Shown: piece after piece, positions 60,001-64,000 of the stretch
How the letters are laid out: each line of letters opens with the position of its first letter
Position numbering within the stretch: position 1 is the stretch's first letter
DNA from: a virus
Lineage: Duplodnaviria > Caudoviricetes
Direction: 5' to 3' (one strand)
IMG/VR virus record: IMGVR_UViG_2645727757_000001
Location: 121,365-185,364 of that record
DNA length: 64,000 nt
The notes under the pieces: model-generated
The model's input: only the letters and a program-made list of their open reading frames with translations
Database searches by the model: none
What the model was told of the DNA's origin: nothing
Made by a program: the position numbers and the translations under genes

Positions 60001-63000
60001 TTATGCTTAGAAATATATTATTTACATTTGGAATACCTAATAGTCTGGTAAAACATGACTATAAAGATAAAGATGGAAGCGTGAAGTATAAAGGATATAG
60101 AATATGTGTTACTGGTGATGCAGCTATAGAATTAAATAATATATTAAAATTATATAAAACTAAAAATAATAATTATAATAAAAGAAATATAGTTAGCAAG
60201 TACACTATAGTTGATGATAATTATGTATATATTAGAATAAAAGATATATATGATAGCGGATATAATGGAATAGTTTATGATTACAGAATAGAAGAATCAC
60301 ATTCATTCTGTTCATTGTCATCAATAATGCATAATACAGCATTTATAGGAGGAAAAGTTTCCCATTTTGAGCCTAATTGGTATCGTAGAACAATGGGTGA
60401 TGCAGATTTTTCTGAAAATAAATATGGAAGTAGAAAAGAATATTTTGAAAATACTTGGTATCCTAACCCTGTTAATCCTTTTGCTCCTATAAAACATTTT
60501 TTAACTGACAAGTATCATTATGAAGAGAAACATTATTATGATAGACCTTATCTTCTTACATCACCAGAATTTGAAAATGTTCCTTTAGTTGGGCCAGTAC
60601 TTAGTTCAACTGTTGGAAGAGTAATAAAACCACAAGTTAAGATGCATGAAGAGTATTGGAATAGTCCAAAAGGAACAAACTCTTTAAAACAGGATTCATA
60701 TATTATGGATTATAATACTGATGAAAGAGGAAATGAAAATGTTCTAAATGATTCGGAACTTATAACTAATAATAACATTGAGAATGTTAGTGCAGGAAAT
60801 TCAAATATTTTAAACATTAAACCTAAAGGCTCAACACTTGGAGTTGTTGGCCAAAATTTATCTGATGATGGAAAAGAAATCTATGTTACTAACTCTGGTA
60901 ATATAGGATTTATTGATATAAATAGAGATAACTATACAAAAATAAAAAAAGAATTAAAAACTAAATCTCCAAAAAGTATGTTGAGTATAAACAATGCTCC
61001 TAATAGAGAGCCTATCTATAATTTATTAGGTAGAAATGAAGACGGAGAATTAGTAAACCAAAATGGTGATGTAATAATAAATCCTAATGAACTAAAGAAT
61101 TCATTAAAAGATCAGTATATGGATACTACAAATGTACTAGGTTTATATGGATTCTTAGCCAACACATTTGTTACTGGAAATCTTGGAGAAGATCAGGATA
61201 TTATTGATACTCCATCATATGCTTTTTCTTATAACAAAGAGTTTTGGGATGCAAATATGGGAGGATTAGGTGGAGATATATCTGAAATCTTTAGAAGATT
61301 TATACAGAAAAGAAGAACTGATGTTGACTATTATAATCCTATTAGAAACACTCAACCAGACTTCATGCCTGGCGAAAATTATTTCCAAGATTTCAAACAT
61401 GGCGATCCATTCTCAAAAATTTCCAATGGAGAATTAAGACTTGCAGGAACTCCATATGAAAAAATATGGGGAATAAAAGATCCATTAGAATTAAGAATAG
61501 GTTCTTCATTTTTAGGTAAATCAAAAGATGAAATAGTAGACCATTTCCTTAAAAACGATACTATAACTGATGAAGGTTTAGTTGATATAGTTGAAACTGG
61601 TACTAAAATGCATGAGGAAATTGAACAGGAATGGTTAAAAGACGGTTTTGCAGTTGAAGTTGAAGGAAAAATTGAAGATGAAGAAAATAAAATATTAGGT
61701 TTCTATGATGCGAAAGTAATTGATCCTACAGCAAAAAATGGAGTAGGTATTGTTGATATTAAAACAATATCTGATAAAGGTTTTAATCAGGTAGTAGAAA
61801 CTGGAGAAGCAAAAGACCTTCATAGAAGACAAGTTAATTATTATCTTTGGGCTACTGGTAATGACAAGGGATATGTTCATTATGTAAATAGAGATGATCC
61901 TAATAAGAGATATACTGTAGGATTTGACTATGATGAAGATATGCTTGAAGATAGCTTAAATAATGTTAAGGATGCAAGAAATGAAGTTTTGCAAAGATAT
62001 TATAACAATGAAATATCTAGAGGCGATTTATATAAACCTATAGACCGTTATAGAATACTTGCAGATGTTGCTCCTTGGTCACAAGAATTTTCAGAAATGC
62101 AAAATGTGTTAAGAGCATCTGGTATGGATGAAGAAACTAAAAAAGAATATGATGAAATAAATGAAAGAGTTAAAGTCCAAAAGAAAGCTCATAACACTTA
62201 TGAATATAGATATAAATACGCTGACGTTTCTAGCATAAACGCTAAAATAACTAAAGTGAAAGGGAATCAATTCTACACAGATTATGGTGGAGAAGAAAGA
62301 GCTATAAAATTTGCTGGTATTAATTTAGGTGTTGTTGGAAATGCAGAAGAGAAAAAGATAATTGAGAATATATCTAGTAATATAAAAGAAGGTGCAAGTG
62401 TAAAATTACTTGTAGACGAAGATAGCATAAGAAGAGATAAATCAAAAAGCATTAAAGCTGTTGTTATAGATTCTAAAGGAACTAACCTTAATAAAGAGTT
62501 TTTAAATCAAGGTGTAGCAGAAGAGGACAAGGACGATTGGAGTGCTCCTTCTGTTCATGCAAGATATAGTAAAACGCAAATAGCTTTTGGTTCAATATGG
62601 GAAAGATTTGCACATATGGATACACCTTTTCATACAAAATTCTTGCAAGTAAGAAGTGCAACGGAAGACTATAAGAGAAGAGAAATTTATGGTGTTGATT
62701 TTGCAAGATGGCAAGAACCTATAGAAGACTTCTTAAAACCTGCAATGTATAGTGCTATAGAAAGACCTACTGGAGTTTTATTCGGTGCTTTGCTTGGTAG
62801 TTTGTTTGGAAAAAGAAGATTTGGTAAGTATGCTGGTGCAATAGCTGGTATGGGTGCTGTGTTAGTTGGAAGAGGCGTTGTACAAACAAAAGAAGCTATC
62901 ACAGGAGAAAAGTGGATTCCAGAACCAGTAAGAAAAGAACGTGAACTTGTAGAATATATGGATGTCTTAAAATACGTTAAAAATCAAAATCTCTATAATC

Positions 63001-63989
63001 ATTATAAGAAGAGAGCTTTAGAAGAAGAAAATTTCGATGTTGATGAATATGAAAAGAATATCCAAGAAGAGGCTGACAAAAGAGAGCACATTACTAATTC
63101 TTTAAAAAAGGGAAAGAAATTTATAAAAGAAGATTATGAAGAAGCAAATGAAAAGAAAAAGAATTATGAGGAAAATAAAAAGCCAACTAAACATGAAAAG
63201 ACAGGTAATGAATTCTTAGATAAAATTCTTAATACAAAATATGAGATAAGTAAATTTTTATATGATTTTAGATTAAACAGGCTTACTGAAAAAGCTCGTG
63301 AAAAGAGAGAAGACTTTAGAGAAGTTAATAAAAAGATAAATGGTGTTGAATCTTATAGAAATGTTGATATGCTACCAGAACTAGCAACTAAGGCTTTAGA
63401 ATACAAGGAAAAAGCTGAAAAAACAATATATGGATATGATGTTGGAGAACCACTTACTAATATATTAGCTGCATTACCTAAAATAGATAGAGATAGAATA
63501 AATGACTTTATAAACGCTCCAGAAGAAGAAAGAGAGGAACTTTTAGAGATAGCTCCAGACTATGTTAAAAGAGTTTTACAAAGTTCATGGGGATTAGAAG
63601 TAGATGAAAAACCTTCATTAGAGAAATATTTCAAAAGACATCAACTTCCAGACGAATCTTGGGAAGGTTGGCAAGAGGATGTTGATTTAGAATCAATAAA
63701 AGTAAAAATGATTAATAAAGAAGGGTTAGATTATTCTGATTTTAATGTTTGGGATGATGATGTTGAAAGAGCTGATATGCTTGAAGATATTCCACTTCCA
63801 ACTGTTAATTTTAGAAATAACGCTATAAATATAAAGAACAGATTAAATACGTTGCTAAATGATATTGGAATACAGGATGTGAAAATTGATTATACTTTCA
63901 GCAGTTCTAACGCCAATGTTGATTTGAATATTCAACATAGTAATAGAGATCAAGTTGAAGAAAAAATAAATAATCAAAAGTTCTTGTAG
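57027..63989 (+). CDS. Giant tape-measure-position protein with intein, PD-(D/E)XK nuclease and SNase-like domains
   Basis: 2320 aa after chaperones; hydrophobic Gly-rich segments; GTKMHEEIE...GFYDA...IVDIKT...QVNYY; ITKVKG...IKFAGIN...NLNKEFLNQGVA. Confidence 0.7.
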   Translation: MKSQNNSEFDLTRKQRKEGYTTEKENLEESPLKKAIIAAMIGVGGIGAYKSGMLKKPISKLIEFAGDYQSLSPAVGTAFKSWANETDKFQNSVLRKKFRHTISDAFTEKAPFGKYVESVFEDTKKDVKYLKKTTKKYVEKRMKKNMRGEFSSLTNTELSYNINKMDEIAERFDNRSARKAKDIMTRDFLKNFTVSAEDSAKKMKRTGYRTATIDDMFEVGRADNGKLYLINKHDNFMFDIDTRKKLAIFLNETKAVDSNGKHILNKKNIPKSIFETGDYKNIMMDKNLVINEFGEVADMRQNIKDINSFLRDAANEFKIPFVGINPLKFFGVGRAGVREQMFETLHPNTVQPGITGVAGRHKLKDLKEFGNKRLLFSNGTAYKFSSDLQDFEKVADGLTLREYNHKNNIDSKLNDFRKMSGIELRKYEEYTREDGAFKYYKGKLSKFLDLGRQDTKSNKYEESLINSISPNNIIEKASDKLFSKLNFTKPKVENIEIYSAFGDIDNGAYNEKLYVAIKKHIKWKDVMDPLNNTTIKEYFSQFFKGRKDVSNITESTLATYHLFERMNQAFKPFGIALGSDSMGSTKDIISGLLLKRLLPVYMVGQGIEYMTYLTERDDGEGGTTNIKKGVANVVKDIDLGVTKVKDATGITSLFKGLKDSMPGYESFSELPLIKNLGLDRTYEEQKEWYNSGMEAIRKGRYWDLGNCVVPWQEIQTGYGEITLANNININDNVITHEGILRKVLEVVTRYMKTNEKALTIETHTTFLTNTTTDNHPYYAVKKKRCPSSSNDDCRPDRKSKECDKCRYKVCNLRYEWNPEWIYARDLEKGDYLAYPRIKIKNEYKYINGKLADYDLGYLLGIYLAEGNIHTWHKNGNVYGIELALNSSETEIANNIKNILDKYFPNTNTNIYDYKDGTKRIRVRNLSNEVAEWFKNTLYNDNKEKIFVRDIYKYNESFIKAVITGLIDGDGHYQFAKNSFSLHYTSSRIEYVIMLRNILFTFGIPNSLVKHDYKDKDGSVKYKGYRICVTGDAAIELNNILKLYKTKNNNYNKRNIVSKYTIVDDNYVYIRIKDIYDSGYNGIVYDYRIEESHSFCSLSSIMHNTAFIGGKVSHFEPNWYRRTMGDADFSENKYGSRKEYFENTWYPNPVNPFAPIKHFLTDKYHYEEKHYYDRPYLLTSPEFENVPLVGPVLSSTVGRVIKPQVKMHEEYWNSPKGTNSLKQDSYIMDYNTDERGNENVLNDSELITNNNIENVSAGNSNILNIKPKGSTLGVVGQNLSDDGKEIYVTNSGNIGFIDINRDNYTKIKKELKTKSPKSMLSINNAPNREPIYNLLGRNEDGELVNQNGDVIINPNELKNSLKDQYMDTTNVLGLYGFLANTFVTGNLGEDQDIIDTPSYAFSYNKEFWDANMGGLGGDISEIFRRFIQKRRTDVDYYNPIRNTQPDFMPGENYFQDFKHGDPFSKISNGELRLAGTPYEKIWGIKDPLELRIGSSFLGKSKDEIVDHFLKNDTITDEGLVDIVETGTKMHEEIEQEWLKDGFAVEVEGKIEDEENKILGFYDAKVIDPTAKNGVGIVDIKTISDKGFNQVVETGEAKDLHRRQVNYYLWATGNDKGYVHYVNRDDPNKRYTVGFDYDEDMLEDSLNNVKDARNEVLQRYYNNEISRGDLYKPIDRYRILADVAPWSQEFSEMQNVLRASGMDEETKKEYDEINERVKVQKKAHNTYEYRYKYADVSSINAKITKVKGNQFYTDYGGEERAIKFAGINLGVVGNAEEKKIIENISSNIKEGASVKLLVDEDSIRRDKSKSIKAVVIDSKGTNLNKEFLNQGVAEEDKDDWSAPSVHARYSKTQIAFGSIWERFAHMDTPFHTKFLQVRSATEDYKRREIYGVDFARWQEPIEDFLKPAMYSAIERPTGVLFGALLGSLFGKRRFGKYAGAIAGMGAVLVGRGVVQTKEAITGEKWIPEPVRKERELVEYMDVLKYVKNQNLYNHYKKRALEEENFDVDEYEKNIQEEADKREHITNSLKKGKKFIKEDYEEANEKKKNYEENKKPTKHEKTGNEFLDKILNTKYEISKFLYDFRLNRLTEKAREKREDFREVNKKINGVESYRNVDMLPELATKALEYKEKAEKTIYGYDVGEPLTNILAALPKIDRDRINDFINAPEEEREELLEIAPDYVKRVLQSSWGLEVDEKPSLEKYFKRHQLPDESWEGWQEDVDLESIKVKMINKEGLDYSDFNVWDDDVERADMLEDIPLPTVNFRNNAINIKNRLNTLLNDIGIQDVKIDYTFSSSNANVDLNIQHSNRDQVEEKINNQKFL
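59145..60335 (+). mobile_element. Intein (397 aa) with LAGLIDADG homing endonuclease
   Basis: N-junction N|CVVP, block B TTDNHPYY, YLLGIYLAEG and ITGLIDGDG, block F VYDYRIEESHSF, C-junction MHN|T. Confidence 0.92.
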
Positions 63990-64000
63990 CAAGGGAGTGG

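Noticed and set aside
61600-61950. cas4 gene indicating a CRISPR-Cas locus
   Set aside because: Domain is embedded in a 2320-aa protein, lacks the Fe-S cysteines, and no other cas genes or array are present

Overview
Very AT-rich segment of a large tailed (myovirus-type) phage, probably infecting Clostridium or a related Firmicute (host inferred from composition, sigmaA-type promoters and protein families). It appears to be a phage-plasmid. Left to right: (1) a leftward operon ending in a truncated ORF (1..1600, absent from the ORF track) with motifs of YonO/RdRP-like single-subunit RNA polymerases; (2) four tandem paralogues made of multiple HTHs plus a catalytically degenerate LAGLIDADG domain, flanked by promoter-terminator units with no real ORF; (3) a 5-kb replication region with a Rep_3 initiator, a second HTH initiator-like gene with an antisense RNA, three different repeat arrays, an AT-rich block, DnaA boxes and a long GC-cored hairpin; (4) a virion module (terminases, endolysin/holin, portal, protease, capsid, two sheath paralogues, tail tube split by a group I intron, collagen-like fibres); (5) a compact array of four back-to-back promoter-sRNA-terminator units; (6) about 11 kb of tiny accessory ORFs, several followed by a shared 17-bp junction motif; (7) tail chaperones and a 2320-aa tape-measure-position protein containing an intein, a PD-(D/E)XK nuclease domain and an SNase-like domain. 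All assignments come from reading motifs and synteny by eye; no database searches were run.
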